Program-made: the position numbers and the translations under genes | Part shown: positions 52,801-62,585 of the stretch, in pieces | Layout: the number at the start of each line of letters is the position of its first letter | How positions within the stretch are numbered: position 1 is the stretch's first letter | Notes under the pieces: generated by a model | Seen by the model: only the letters and a program-made list of their open reading frames with translations | What the model was told of the DNA's origin: nothing | Databases searched by the model: none | IMG/VR virus record: IMGVR_UViG_3300029319_000023 | DNA length: 64,000 nucleotides | Reading direction: 5' to 3' (one strand) | Source: an uncultured virus (IMG/VR IMGVR_UViG_3300029319_000023) | Lineage: Duplodnaviria; Heunggongvirae; Uroviricota; Caudoviricetes

Positions 52801-55800
52801 TATGGAGTCTGAAGTAAATGGTTCTACTACTGGTGGTACAAACGTCTTAGACTTTAGACCTGCTGTTTCTGTATATGATCCAGCAACTGCGACTGCACCT
52901 CCATTTAGTTTTGCATCTAGAGACTTTGGTGCTGATAATAAACCAGCTCTACCTTTAGCAGTTGGGGAAGGATCTGTTGTAAGTTTTGAATATTACTTAA
53001 GTAGAACTGATAAACTTTTCTTGAATAAAAATGGTGATCTATCTATTGTTCAAGGTGTGCCTGGTGAGGGTGAACCTGATGATTTAGATGCTGACCATAT
53101 GTTATTGGGTACTATCACTTTACCTGCATATACAGATGAAACTGATTCTATTGATATTGATTTAGAAAACCCAAGAAGATATACCTTTGCTGATATTGGT
53201 AAATTAGATAGAAAGATCAGTGCTCTTGAAAGTGCAGTTACTCTTTCTATGTTAGAAGAGCAAACAAAAAATGTTGACATCAGAGATGCAAGTGGTAAAG
53301 CACGATTCAAAAATGGTTTCTTTGCTGATAATTTCCAAAATAGTGAACAAATTGATGATGGACACCCAGATAATAAGTGTGAACAGAGTGATGAAGGTAG
53401 CGGTACAATTACACCATTACCATCAAATGCATCTTTAAAAACATTAATTGTAACTAAAGACGAAACAACATCTTCTACTTACGATAGTACAATTGATTAT
53501 GACCTTTTAGATGAGAACGTCGTTAAACGTGGTGATCTCTTGATGCTTAAGTATGAAGAGAAAGAGTGGGTAAAACAACTTGCAGCAACTGGTGTAAGTA
53601 ATATTAACCCATTTAACGTTATTACATGGGCAGTTGCAATTACACTAAAACCTGATATTGATAGTTGGTCTAGAAAGATTCAGACTCAGCAAACTGTAAA
53701 GATTAAAGGTAAGCAAAAAACAGTAAAGGTTGTTACCAAACGTTATAAGTGGGTTCGTACTGGTTACTGGTGGGGCTGGTGGGGTCGCTGGCGTTGGTAT
53801 TGGGGTCGTTATAGATGGAGATGGTGCCATTGGCATTGGGGGTACTACTGGTATCGTCGTGGTTGGAGATATGGATATTGGTGGAGATGGGGTTGGTATG
53901 GATATCGTTGGCGCTACGGCTATTGGGGCTGGTGGGGCTGGGGCTGGCGTTGTATGCGTCGCGTCGCTACTTACACCACTACTTACAAGAAAGTTGACGT
54001 ACCAACGCCAACACCCGCAGATAAGGTCGAGAAGATCAAGTCGCAAGCGGAAGAGTATATGCGTTCTAGAAACGTACTTGTTGATGCGCTGTCTTGTAAA
54101 CCAAAAACTAGGTATTACCACTTCTTTGATGGAAGTAATAATTTGGATATCGTACCAAAACTCCTTGAAATCAAGGATGTTACAGGTGCATTCAAAATTG
54201 GTGAAACTGTAATTGGTAAGAAAGGAAAGGCAAAAATTAAGTTCAGAGTTTGTACACCTAACCATAAGAGAGGTAAGTATAACAAACCAGATAGAACTTA
54301 TAGCATAAACCCATACAATACCGCACAGAATATTCCTACGACATATTCTAAGTCTTCGACAATTATAAACGTTGACGTTGCTTCTATGGCAGAAGAAGCA
54401 CAGGGTTCATTCAGTGGATATGTTGTTAATGACATGTTACTGACTGGTCAAAAGTCTGGTGCTACTGCAAAGGTAAGTCAGATTCGTTTGGTTTCTGATA
54501 AGTTTGGTGATATCCAAGCATGCTTCTTTATTAGAGATCCTCTTGCAAATCCTGCACCTCCAAACAGATTTAAGACAGGTACTAAGCAATTTGTTCTTAA
54601 CACTGATATTAACAATACTAAAGCAACTCCTGGATCTACCAAGATCTCCTCAGGACAAGCAGATTATAAGTCTACTGGTGTTATTGAAACTTGGAGAACG
54701 ACAAAGTATAAGGTTTACTTCCACAGAGACCCTCTTGCACAGTCGTTTACAACAGATGCTAGTGGTGTCTTCCTTACTAGTCTTGACGTTTGGTTCTATA
54801 CTAAGGATGAAAAACTCCCAGTATTCCTTGAAGTCAGACAAATGCAGTTGGGTATTCCAACCAGAAATGTTTTAGAATATTCTGAAGTAAAACTTGATCC
54901 AGACCAAGTTACATTGGTTCCTGACACTGGTGCATCTGCAGGTAATGAAACTTATAAGACTACATTTAACTTTAAGTCTCCTGTATTCTGTGCTCCAAAC
55001 ACTGAATTCTGTGTCGTTCTCTTGTCTGAGTCTGATTCTTATGAAGTCTTCCTTGCAAGGATGGGTTCTAAGACACTCAACTTTAAGGCATTAGGATTAG
55101 GTCAGAACTCTCAGCATAGTAAACAGTGGGGTGCTGGTTCTCTATTCAAGTCTCAGAACGGTTCTATTTGGACTCCAACTCAGGAAGAAGATTTAACATT
55201 CAGACTTAAGAGAGCGAAATTTACAGCTACCTCTGGTACTGTTTATATGCACAACCCAGATCTTGATGTAAGTAACAACTACATCAGAAGATTAGATCCT
55301 GATTCATTCCAAGTCATTTCTAGATCTGTAACCGTTGGTATTGATACAGTCACAAATGGAACTGTGATGGCAGGTATTCTTACTACTGGTAGGAAGATTG
55401 GTGAAGCAACTGCTGCTGAAGGTGGTAGTTCTGGTAGTTCCTATAAGTTTGGTACTATTGAAAGTACAGGTGGTCCTATCGACCTAACATTTGGTTCTTA
55501 CGCAGGTATTTCTACAGTTGCTATTGGTGGTACTGATTACATCGATGGTCAATATAATAATGTTGATCTATTCGCTGTTACTGGTAATGGAGTTGGTGCA
55601 AAAGCAAACATCTTTGTTGAAAATGGAAACGTAACTGCTGCTGGTGCAACTATTGTAACTGCAGGACATGGTTATGCTGTAGGTGACATTATCGGTATTA
55701 CAACAGCAGACGCTGGTGGTGCTGGTTCTCAAGCACAGTTGTCAATTGAAGCAACTAGTGGTGTTGATAGATTATTCTTAGAAGATGTACGTGGTAACAC

Positions 55801-57256
55801 CTTTGTTACTAGCGAAAAACTTGTTTACTACAATGACTCTGGAACAAGAATAGCACTTGGAACTACGACAATTACATTGTCCGCAAGAACTGGTCCTACC
55901 TCTAACGAAGGTGACATGATAATTGTTTATCTTCCAAACCACGGAATGTATAGTGGATCTAACAAGATTACTATTAGTGGATGTAAGGATCTTGCTGATG
56001 CAACACAACTATCTGCAGATGTTACTTCTACTAGCACGGTAATTTCGGTTGCTTCTACTGCTGGATATGATACATTTGAAGGAATGCCAGTAACTGCAAC
56101 AAACCCAGGTTATGTTTTGGTTGACCAAGAACTTATTTCTTACACTGGTGTTGGTGCAGGAACATTAACTATCGGCACTAGAGGTGTTGATGGTACAGTT
56201 TCTACCCCACATACTCTTGGAGAAGAAGTTGACTTGTATGAACTACAAGGTGTATCTCTCAGAAGAATTAACACAACTCATGACATTGACCCTTATGAGT
56301 TTGATATTGATAACTTCTATATCAGAATTCAAAGAGATCAAAATGGTACAGACAGAACTGATGATGGATCATTGGTTAACGCTCCACTCCTAAGTTTCGC
56401 TGATAGCGGTGCTGCTGGTGGTGATGAAATCGATACTACAACTAACTTGTTGTACTCTAGCATCAAACCTAACTACAGAGTTATTAAACCTACTGGTAAG
56501 ACTTCTGTTACTGCACAAGCTAGAACGATCACAGGTACAAGTCCAAGTGGAAATGAAGTCTCTTATGTAGATAAGGGTTATGTGAATATTGATCTTGGTA
56601 ATGTTAATGAATTTAGTGATGTAAGAATGATTGCATCCAAAGTTAACGAAGACGCATATAACACTGAATTATTCAGGAATAAGTCTTTCACAACTGCAAT
56701 CACATTACAAACAACAGATGAAAATGTATCTCCAACTATTGACTCTACTGTTGGTGCAACTGAATTTGAATTCTTTAGAATTAATGATCCAGTCAGCAAT
56801 TACGCACTAGACGGTCGTGTTAACATTAGTGGAGAAGATCCACACGCATCTGCTTACGTAAGTAAGAATGTTTCTCTTGAAAATGAATCAGTTGCTTTAA
56901 AAGTTATTATTGAAGCATACAGAAGTGAAACATCTGATTTCCGTGTTGCATATCAACTTCAAACAAGTGCTGAAGGTGGTGCTGCTCCATGGCGTCTCTT
57001 CCCTGGCTATGATAACTTGAAAGACACTGATGGTAACGGATTAGGTGATCAAGTAATTACTCAATTGAATAATAATGGTCGCCCAGATAGAAAGATCAGA
57101 CCATCTGCTCCTCTATCCGATGAATTCATCCAGTATGAGTTTAATGCTCAAGACCTAACTGAATTCACAGGATTTAGAATCAAGATTATGATGTCTGGTA
57201 CAAATGCTGCTGATCCTCCTAAGTTCAGATCAATCAGAGCGATTGCATATACATAA
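49820..57256 (+). CDS. Large virion structural protein, VrlC/DUF4815-like (2478 aa)
   Basis: NLNINPYYDDFD...RVLFKPGFPVQARELT, APGADRF, RFKNGFFADNF, DPLAQSF, GSLFKSQNGSIW; follows gp8 as in cyanomyoviruses. Confidence 0.88.
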   Translation: MPQRTNLNINPYYDDFDAENNYYRVLFKPGFPVQARELTTSQSILQNQIEKFARHTFKDGSVVIPGGVSYDFDYQSIQIESTFLGLNVSDYISSFVGKEIRGQQTGLEAKIVNVLLSSQTESGNITLFIKYTSGTASNDVGAFQDGETLITEENVVYGNTTISSGNTFAVTIATSAAQIGSAAHVDAGTFFFRGYFVDVKKQTVVLDEANDAPSYRVGLQISEEIVNAKQDNTLYDNAKGFTNFAAPGADRFKIQTTLVKKSLTDLNDSSFIELLRVEEGVLLTVPNKPQYSVIKDYIAERDFEKTGNFFVEPFDITFHECLNNRRGNNGLYYDNQVTDEGNVPSDDLACVSIGSGKAYVKGYDIDKPVATILDIPKPRTTRKVEQAFVPYNLGSQIQVNNVYGHPAIKREIQLYSQRLGANGTTLAGERIGDARCYSFNLSSGEYLSPSTPFTLFVYDVTLYQKLHLANPLSAAQLPAGAYITGQSSGASGYVTAAGTGSAKIFVRDTSGTFIQGEQIYINGVKENARKTLDVRVFDSTDVKSVYQQASTLGLQADFYGDVLLVGQPVPGFKETDQFNITTTGKVSLNSKSLTGIRTDSLLAVQQVGFTTTTLYRVKDIAKTGKEVTIEATTDVIGITTGALPAADITSTIIAFTPIVQNIQQDEMYVALPQSDVATVDLKNSSLEYHTQLTALATNGSGEMTITNTSGVQGAIFEAFDEDRYSVVYSDGVIATITANKFEYNSGSNTITLKGLRPSQTNVVANVVMKKPQFKAKNKVVNRSHVVNITRSANKQSGSTANNSLNDGLSYSTFFGTRVQDKKICLNYPEVIEIIAVHESFDSNAPTFDKLNLTSVENVQTSAIIGESIIGASSKAIARLVAKPGAAQVDFVYLTDARFIVGEDISFDESDIVASIDSIVNGNYKDITYRYELNNGQEHAFSNYASIKRTATSGQPPTKQLKIVFDYYSVPSGDDGDVVTVDSYPQSVFRGLIPDMESEVNGSTTGGTNVLDFRPAVSVYDPATATAPPFSFASRDFGADNKPALPLAVGEGSVVSFEYYLSRTDKLFLNKNGDLSIVQGVPGEGEPDDLDADHMLLGTITLPAYTDETDSIDIDLENPRRYTFADIGKLDRKISALESAVTLSMLEEQTKNVDIRDASGKARFKNGFFADNFQNSEQIDDGHPDNKCEQSDEGSGTITPLPSNASLKTLIVTKDETTSSTYDSTIDYDLLDENVVKRGDLLMLKYEEKEWVKQLAATGVSNINPFNVITWAVAITLKPDIDSWSRKIQTQQTVKIKGKQKTVKVVTKRYKWVRTGYWWGWWGRWRWYWGRYRWRWCHWHWGYYWYRRGWRYGYWWRWGWYGYRWRYGYWGWWGWGWRCMRRVATYTTTYKKVDVPTPTPADKVEKIKSQAEEYMRSRNVLVDALSCKPKTRYYHFFDGSNNLDIVPKLLEIKDVTGAFKIGETVIGKKGKAKIKFRVCTPNHKRGKYNKPDRTYSINPYNTAQNIPTTYSKSSTIINVDVASMAEEAQGSFSGYVVNDMLLTGQKSGATAKVSQIRLVSDKFGDIQACFFIRDPLANPAPPNRFKTGTKQFVLNTDINNTKATPGSTKISSGQADYKSTGVIETWRTTKYKVYFHRDPLAQSFTTDASGVFLTSLDVWFYTKDEKLPVFLEVRQMQLGIPTRNVLEYSEVKLDPDQVTLVPDTGASAGNETYKTTFNFKSPVFCAPNTEFCVVLLSESDSYEVFLARMGSKTLNFKALGLGQNSQHSKQWGAGSLFKSQNGSIWTPTQEEDLTFRLKRAKFTATSGTVYMHNPDLDVSNNYIRRLDPDSFQVISRSVTVGIDTVTNGTVMAGILTTGRKIGEATAAEGGSSGSSYKFGTIESTGGPIDLTFGSYAGISTVAIGGTDYIDGQYNNVDLFAVTGNGVGAKANIFVENGNVTAAGATIVTAGHGYAVGDIIGITTADAGGAGSQAQLSIEATSGVDRLFLEDVRGNTFVTSEKLVYYNDSGTRIALGTTTITLSARTGPTSNEGDMIIVYLPNHGMYSGSNKITISGCKDLADATQLSADVTSTSTVISVASTAGYDTFEGMPVTATNPGYVLVDQELISYTGVGAGTLTIGTRGVDGTVSTPHTLGEEVDLYELQGVSLRRINTTHDIDPYEFDIDNFYIRIQRDQNGTDRTDDGSLVNAPLLSFADSGAAGGDEIDTTTNLLYSSIKPNYRVIKPTGKTSVTAQARTITGTSPSGNEVSYVDKGYVNIDLGNVNEFSDVRMIASKVNEDAYNTELFRNKSFTTAITLQTTDENVSPTIDSTVGATEFEFFRINDPVSNYALDGRVNISGEDPHASAYVSKNVSLENESVALKVIIEAYRSETSDFRVAYQLQTSAEGGAAPWRLFPGYDNLKDTDGNGLGDQVITQLNNNGRPDRKIRPSAPLSDEFIQYEFNAQDLTEFTGFRIKIMMSGTNAADPPKFRSIRAIAYT

Positions 57257-57261
57257 ACTAT

Positions 57262-57291
57262 AAAAGACACCTAAATATAGGTGTCTTTTTT
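57262..57291 (+). terminator. Perfect 12-bp hairpin terminator overlapping a late promoter
   Basis: AAAAGACACCTA-AATA-TAGGTGTCTTTT; CTAAATA at 57271-57277. Confidence 0.8.
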
Positions 57292-57300
57292 AATAATAAA

Positions 57301-57756
57301 ATGTCTGATCCTGATTTGTCAGTTTTCAATGAATTTGCCTTCCAAACTAAATTGGATGAATACTCTGAAAAAGAAATTTGGAAGATGTATAAAGATCAGC
57401 AAAAACTTGATGAGCAATTAAAAGAAGAAGAAAAAAATATTGAATACATTGAAGATGCAAGAGAAAAGGATGAAGAATTCTCTTTAATGAATTTTGGTGA
57501 TGATCTTGATATTAGACCAGTAAAAGATAATCCAGGTCTCTTTAAAGACATGAGCACTGGTGCAGTTTTGAATATGGATAATACTTCTTACAAAATCTAT
57601 CAGCAGCAGAAAAAAAGGTCTGAGGCAATCCAGAAGAAACAAGACGAGCAAACTGCTAAGGTTGACAAAATGGATCTTGAAGTTGAAGAAATCAAGGGAG
57701 ATCTTAAAGAATTGAAAGGTTTAATTAGAGATTTAATAAAAGGACTAAATAACTAA
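57301..57756 (+). CDS. Hypothetical coiled-coil protein
   Basis: PVKDNPGLFKDMSTGAVLN followed by a C-terminal coiled coil. Confidence 0.7.
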   Translation: MSDPDLSVFNEFAFQTKLDEYSEKEIWKMYKDQQKLDEQLKEEEKNIEYIEDAREKDEEFSLMNFGDDLDIRPVKDNPGLFKDMSTGAVLNMDNTSYKIYQQQKKRSEAIQKKQDEQTAKVDKMDLEVEEIKGDLKELKGLIRDLIKGLNN

Positions 57757-57775
57757 ACGGTATATATTTTTTCTG

Positions 57776-58114
57776 ATGGCAGCAGTTTACAATAAAAATA
57801 TTGTTATTAATACTGGTTCAACTTTCAATGAAACCTATAACTTAAGAAATCCAGATGAGACTTCTTACAGTTTAGTTGGTGCTGGAATGAGTGCTATTTT
57901 GAAAAAACATCCTGGTGCTAGTTCTGGAGTAGGGTTTGCAATGACTTCTACTGATCTTGCAGGTGGTGAATTAAAATTGACAATGACCGCAACAGATACT
58001 AACAAATTAAAAGAAGGTCGTTACAGATATGATGTTTTGGTTACAGAATCTGGTGGAGATAAAGTCCATATTATAGAAGGTTCTGCAATGGTAAGAGCAG
58101 GAGTAACCACATGA
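57776..58114 (+). CDS. Small virion structural protein (Ig-like)
   Basis: LKEGRYRYDVLV...IIEGSAMVRAGVT; late-promoter-like CTAAATA at 57745. Confidence 0.7.
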   Translation: MAAVYNKNIVINTGSTFNETYNLRNPDETSYSLVGAGMSAILKKHPGASSGVGFAMTSTDLAGGELKLTMTATDTNKLKEGRYRYDVLVTESGGDKVHIIEGSAMVRAGVTT

Positions 58115-58248
58115 CTTATACTCAAAAAATAACTGTTCCTAAATCTGCAGAGGTAGATACTAAGTTAATTAAAACCTCTACTGCCCAGAAGGTAACCGTT
58201 CTAAATAATAACGACAATGAAAATGTTGACATTACTGTAAGCGGGTAA
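58111..58248 (+). CDS. Small hypothetical protein (45 aa)
   Basis: AGGAG Shine-Dalgarno, ATGA overlap; fills the gap to gp13. Confidence 0.5.
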   Translation: MTYTQKITVPKSAEVDTKLIKTSTAQKVTVLNNNDNENVDITVSG

Positions 58249-58250
58249 AT

Positions 58251-59093
58251 ATGGCAAAACCATCTACCAGAGAAGGATTTAAAGACTATTGCCTAAGGCA
58301 ATTAGGTGCTCCTGTACTAGAAATCAATGTTGATGATGACCAACTTGATGATCTAGTCGATGATGCTTTGCAGTTTTGGCAAGAGAGACATTTTGATGGG
58401 ACAGAGAGCCAATACTTAAAATATAAGATTACACAAGATGATATTGATAGAGGAAAGGCAAGAGTTGGAAATCAAGGTGCAGGTATTACTACAACAACAG
58501 ATAGTGCTACTATTACTGGAAGTAGTGTTGCTTTTAACTTTGAGGAAAATAGCAATTTCTTAAAACTTCCAGATGATATCATTGGAGTAAATAAAGTATT
58601 CAGATTTGATAGTAGTAGCATTTCTAGTGGAATGTTTAGTGTTAAATATCAATTATTCTTAAATGACATTTATTGGTTAGGTGCTAGTGAGTTATTAAGT
58701 TACTCTATGGTAAAGAGTCATTTAGAGACTATTGATAGATTACTTACAACTGATAAGCAAATAAGATTCAATAAAACTCAAGGAAAACTTTATATCGACA
58801 TTGAGTGGAATAACGCAACTGTGGATGATTATATTATTATTGATTGTTACAGAGCGATTGATCCATCAACTAATCAGTTAGTTTGGAATAATTCTTTCTT
58901 AAAACGATATACCACCGCATTGATTAAAAGACAATGGGGTCAAAACTTAATTAAGTTCCAAGGTGTAAAACTTCCTGGTGGTATTGAATTAAATGGTAGA
59001 CCAATATATGACGATGCTGAAAGAGAACTTGCCGAATTGAGACAGGCAATGATTAGCGAATACGAACTTCCACCTTTTGATCTTATTGGATAA
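58251..59093 (+). CDS. gp13: Neck protein gp13
   Basis: YCLRQLGAPVLEINVDDDQ...RQWGQNLIKFQGVKLPGGIELNG; CTAAATA at 58201. Confidence 0.95.
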   Translation: MAKPSTREGFKDYCLRQLGAPVLEINVDDDQLDDLVDDALQFWQERHFDGTESQYLKYKITQDDIDRGKARVGNQGAGITTTTDSATITGSSVAFNFEENSNFLKLPDDIIGVNKVFRFDSSSISSGMFSVKYQLFLNDIYWLGASELLSYSMVKSHLETIDRLLTTDKQIRFNKTQGKLYIDIEWNNATVDDYIIIDCYRAIDPSTNQLVWNNSFLKRYTTALIKRQWGQNLIKFQGVKLPGGIELNGRPIYDDAERELAELRQAMISEYELPPFDLIG

Positions 59094-60478
59094 TGGCACT
59101 TAATCCTTTTTTTATACAAGGTTCCACTGGAGAACAGAACCTCGTACAAGATTTGATCAACGAACAGTTGAGGATGTATGGTATCGATGTAACATACATT
59201 CCAAGGAAGTTTGTAAATAAAAAATCAATTATAGAAGAAGTGCAATCATCAAAGTTTGATGATAATTTTACTATTGAAGCCTATTTGCAAAACTATGATG
59301 GGTTCCAAGGTAATGGAGATATAATGACAAAATTTGGAATCACTCTAAAAGATGAAGTATCTTTGATCATTTCTAAAGAGAGATTTACAGATTTTATCCG
59401 TCCATTTATGGATCAGATGGATGATGATGAAGTTGAATTCTTTGATACCCCTAGAGAGGGTGATTTAGTATACTTCCCACTTGGGAAAAAGTTATTTGAG
59501 ATCAAGTATGTAGAAGTAGAAAAACCTTTCTTCATGCTTCGTAAAAACTACGTTTTTGAACTTAGATGTGAATTATTTGAGTACGAGGATGAGGTACTTG
59601 ATACTGGTATTGATAGTATTGATAAGACAGTTCTTGATGAAGGATTCATCACTACATTAAACATTGTAGGAAATGGAACTACTGCTCTAGGAACTGCAAG
59701 TACAACTACTGGTTATGTTGGTCAAGTATTCTTACAAAATGATGGATATGGATATACCAGTACTCCTCTAGTAACATTCACTTCTCCTCCAGTTGGATTT
59801 ACGACTGCTACTGCTGTTGCAATCACAACTGCTATGGGACAATTACAGGCAGTAGAAGCAATTAGATTGACAAATGCAGGTTATGGATATAGTGAAAAAC
59901 CAACCATTTACATTACAGGTGGTGGAGGATCTGGTGCTATTGCAACCTGTACTTTTGTAGTTGGATCTGGAACTTCCTTCGGTGTTGGAGAAATTACTGT
60001 TGGAACAGCAGGAACTCAATATGCTGCTGCACCAACTGTTGCTATCGGAACTGCACCAGCTGGTGGAATTGATGCAACTGCATTTGCAACTCTTAATTCT
60101 AGAGGTCAGGTTACTAATGTATACATTACTAATGCAGGTGCTGGATATACAGAGGCACCTTCTGTAACCTTCTCTGGTGCCCCTCAGAACGGAACTGGCA
60201 CTTATGTGTACAATGAACTAATTACTGGGCAATCAAGCAGTACAACAGCAAGAGTTAGGGAATGGGATGCAACTAAGGGTGTTCTTAAGGTTGGTATTGT
60301 TACTGGAACCTTCTATGACGGAGAAACAGTTGTTGGTTCTACATCATCTGCTACATATACTGTGAGGACGTATAATTTTGAAGATACTTATGATGCCTTC
60401 AATGAAGGAGATGTCTTTGAAACAGAGGCAGATTTAATCTTAGATTTTTCTGAGAAAAACCCATTTGGTGAATTCTAA
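59093..60478 (+). CDS. gp14: Neck protein gp14
   Basis: EQNLVQDLINEQLRMYG, PREGDLVYFP, FEIKYVE, DFSEKNPFG. Confidence 0.93.
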   Translation: MALNPFFIQGSTGEQNLVQDLINEQLRMYGIDVTYIPRKFVNKKSIIEEVQSSKFDDNFTIEAYLQNYDGFQGNGDIMTKFGITLKDEVSLIISKERFTDFIRPFMDQMDDDEVEFFDTPREGDLVYFPLGKKLFEIKYVEVEKPFFMLRKNYVFELRCELFEYEDEVLDTGIDSIDKTVLDEGFITTLNIVGNGTTALGTASTTTGYVGQVFLQNDGYGYTSTPLVTFTSPPVGFTTATAVAITTAMGQLQAVEAIRLTNAGYGYSEKPTIYITGGGGSGAIATCTFVVGSGTSFGVGEITVGTAGTQYAAAPTVAIGTAPAGGIDATAFATLNSRGQVTNVYITNAGAGYTEAPSVTFSGAPQNGTGTYVYNELITGQSSSTTARVREWDATKGVLKVGIVTGTFYDGETVVGSTSSATYTVRTYNFEDTYDAFNEGDVFETEADLILDFSEKNPFGEF

Positions 60479-61332
60479 TGTTAGGACAGTATTACTATCA
60501 CGAAATCCTAAGAAAAACAATTATTGGTTTCGGAACCTTATTTAATAATATTCAACTACGCCATCAAGATGCTGCTGGTAAGGATATTAGTGCGATTAAA
60601 GTACCCCTAGCATATGGTCCTATGCAAAAATTCTTGGCAAGAATTGAGCAAGGTAAAACAAATGAGAGAGACATTGCAATTACTTTACCAAGAATGTCAT
60701 TTGAAATGACTGGTATTGAGTATGATGCAACAAGAAAAACAGGAATTACTCAAACATTCAAAACCACTATAAAACCTAGTGGTTCTTTGAAAAAGGTATT
60801 CATGCCTGTTCCTTATAATCTTAATTTTGAATTAAATATTTTTACAAAATTAAATGATGATGCTTTACAAATTATTGAACAGATATTACCATATTTCCAA
60901 CCAAGTTTTAATGTTACAATAGACCTAGTAAGTTCTATTGGAGAGAAAAGAGATGTTCCTATTACACTAAACAATATTAGTTTTTCTGACGAATATGAGG
61001 GAGACTTTACGACTCGTAGAGCACTCATTTACACATTATCTTTTTCTGCAAAAACTCAACTCTTCGGTGCAATCGCAGATTCTCCAGATGGAATCATCAA
61101 GAAGGTTATGGTCGATATCTACCAAGATACAAATACAAGAACCGCAAGAAAGAGTGTCAGATATACAACTACACCAAAAGCAAAGAAAGATTACAACGAC
61201 GACGGAGCGATTACTGCTGCCGATGATCCGTTAATTGTAGAAGGTGATGATTTTGGATTCAATGAAACTACATCAATATATTTGACTCCAACTAAATATA
61301 GTCCAAGTGAAGGAAAGGATGTTGACGGATGA
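60478..61332 (+). CDS. gp15: Tail sheath stabiliser / tail completion protein gp15
   Basis: FGTLFNNI, VPLAYGP, LPRMSFE, QIIEQILPYFQP. Confidence 0.95.
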   Translation: MLGQYYYHEILRKTIIGFGTLFNNIQLRHQDAAGKDISAIKVPLAYGPMQKFLARIEQGKTNERDIAITLPRMSFEMTGIEYDATRKTGITQTFKTTIKPSGSLKKVFMPVPYNLNFELNIFTKLNDDALQIIEQILPYFQPSFNVTIDLVSSIGEKRDVPITLNNISFSDEYEGDFTTRRALIYTLSFSAKTQLFGAIADSPDGIIKKVMVDIYQDTNTRTARKSVRYTTTPKAKKDYNDDGAITAADDPLIVEGDDFGFNETTSIYLTPTKYSPSEGKDVDG

Positions 61333-61757
61333 TGAAAGACAACAAATTCGACCAAATTAATGAAGCACTAGACACGTCAATCGAGTCTAGTATTACTGAG
61401 ATTAAGAAGGATGCTGTGCCAATTCCTAAACAAGAGACAGATGATGTAACTAAAGATTATGAATATACTAGAGGTAACTTGTATTCCTTAATTGAAAAGG
61501 GACAAGAAGCACTCAATGGAATCATGGAACTAGCAGCAGAAAGTGACAGTCCTAGAGCATATGAAGTTGCTGGACAAATTTTAAAAAGTGTTGGTGACAA
61601 TACAGATAAACTTTTAGATTTACAAAAGAAACTAAAAGATCTTGAGGAAGATAGTGGAAAACCAGTAGGTGGTAATGTGACTAATAATGCAGTTTTTGTT
61701 GGGTCAACTTCAGAATTGCAAAAGTTACTAAAACAAGGAATACTAAATAATAAGTAA
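61329..61757 (+). CDS. gp16: Terminase small subunit gp16
   Basis: DYEYTRGNLYSLIEKG...SPRAYEVAGQ...NNAVFVGSTSELQK. Confidence 0.93.
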   Translation: MMKDNKFDQINEALDTSIESSITEIKKDAVPIPKQETDDVTKDYEYTRGNLYSLIEKGQEALNGIMELAAESDSPRAYEVAGQILKSVGDNTDKLLDLQKKLKDLEEDSGKPVGGNVTNNAVFVGSTSELQKLLKQGILNNK

Positions 61758-61774
61758 TTGTTCCTTCATTTACG

Positions 61775-62584
61775 ATGAATTGGAGATTAGATGAAAACAA
61801 AAGTGGTGATAGTTCTTTGCGCGACTGGTTTAGCAAGAGTCGCTCTTCTGATGGTACCCCTGGTTGGGTTCAACTGGGCGGTAAATACTCAGGAAAGCCC
61901 TGTGCTAAACAACCAGGTCAAACAACTAAACCAAAATGTGGATCTTCAAAAATGAAACGTGCTCTCTCTAAAGATGAAGAGGAGTCAGCATTTCGTCGTA
62001 AGAATCGTCAAGACCCAAACCCAGATAAAAAGGGGAAGGCGAAGAATGTTGCAACAATGAAAGAAGGCAAAAAAGATGCCTGCTATAAAAAAGTAAAATC
62101 TCGCTATTCAGTTTGGCCAAGTGCTTATGCAAGCGGTGCACTTGTCAAATGCCGTAAAGTTGGTGCTAATAATTGGGGAAACAAAAGTAAAAAAGAAGAA
62201 TTTGAAGGTAAAATGTCTTTCCAAGATTTCATGAATGAAGGAAAGAAGTGTTGGAAGGGATATAAAAAAACGGGAACCCAAAAACTATTCGGCAAAACGT
62301 ACAACCGCTGTGTAAAGGCAAACGAAGAACATGGACTCGAAGAAGGAGCAGCATGGACAAAAAAGTCAGGACAGAGTAAGTCAGGCGGACTTAACGAAAA
62401 AGGCAGAAGAAGTTACGAACGCGAAAATCCTGGATCTGACCTTAAAGCACCTAGCAAGAAAGTTGGAAACCCCCGCAGGGCATCATTCTGCGCTAGAATG
62501 AAAGGAATGAGAAAGAGACAGAAACCATCTAATAATACAGGTGATGATAGATTGTCTAAGTCACTCAGAGCATGGAATTGTTAA
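61775..62584 (+). CDS. Basic multi-module protein, putative internal head protein
   Basis: Lys/Arg-rich modules (DACYKKVKSRYSVWPSAYASGALVKCRK; RASFCARMKG) separated by Glu-ending linkers; CTAAATA at 61743. Confidence 0.7.
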   Translation: MNWRLDENKSGDSSLRDWFSKSRSSDGTPGWVQLGGKYSGKPCAKQPGQTTKPKCGSSKMKRALSKDEEESAFRRKNRQDPNPDKKGKAKNVATMKEGKKDACYKKVKSRYSVWPSAYASGALVKCRKVGANNWGNKSKKEEFEGKMSFQDFMNEGKKCWKGYKKTGTQKLFGKTYNRCVKANEEHGLEEGAAWTKKSGQSKSGGLNEKGRRSYERENPGSDLKAPSKKVGNPRRASFCARMKGMRKRQKPSNNTGDDRLSKSLRAWNC

Positions 62585-62585
62585 G

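Noticed and set aside
53645..54265. Alternative ORFs over the Trp/Arg insert (Pro-rich minus-strand 206 aa; Gly/Val-rich plus-strand 160 aa)
   Set aside because: These are shadows of G-rich low-complexity DNA. The main frame is uninterrupted, with conserved VrlC-like motifs on both sides.
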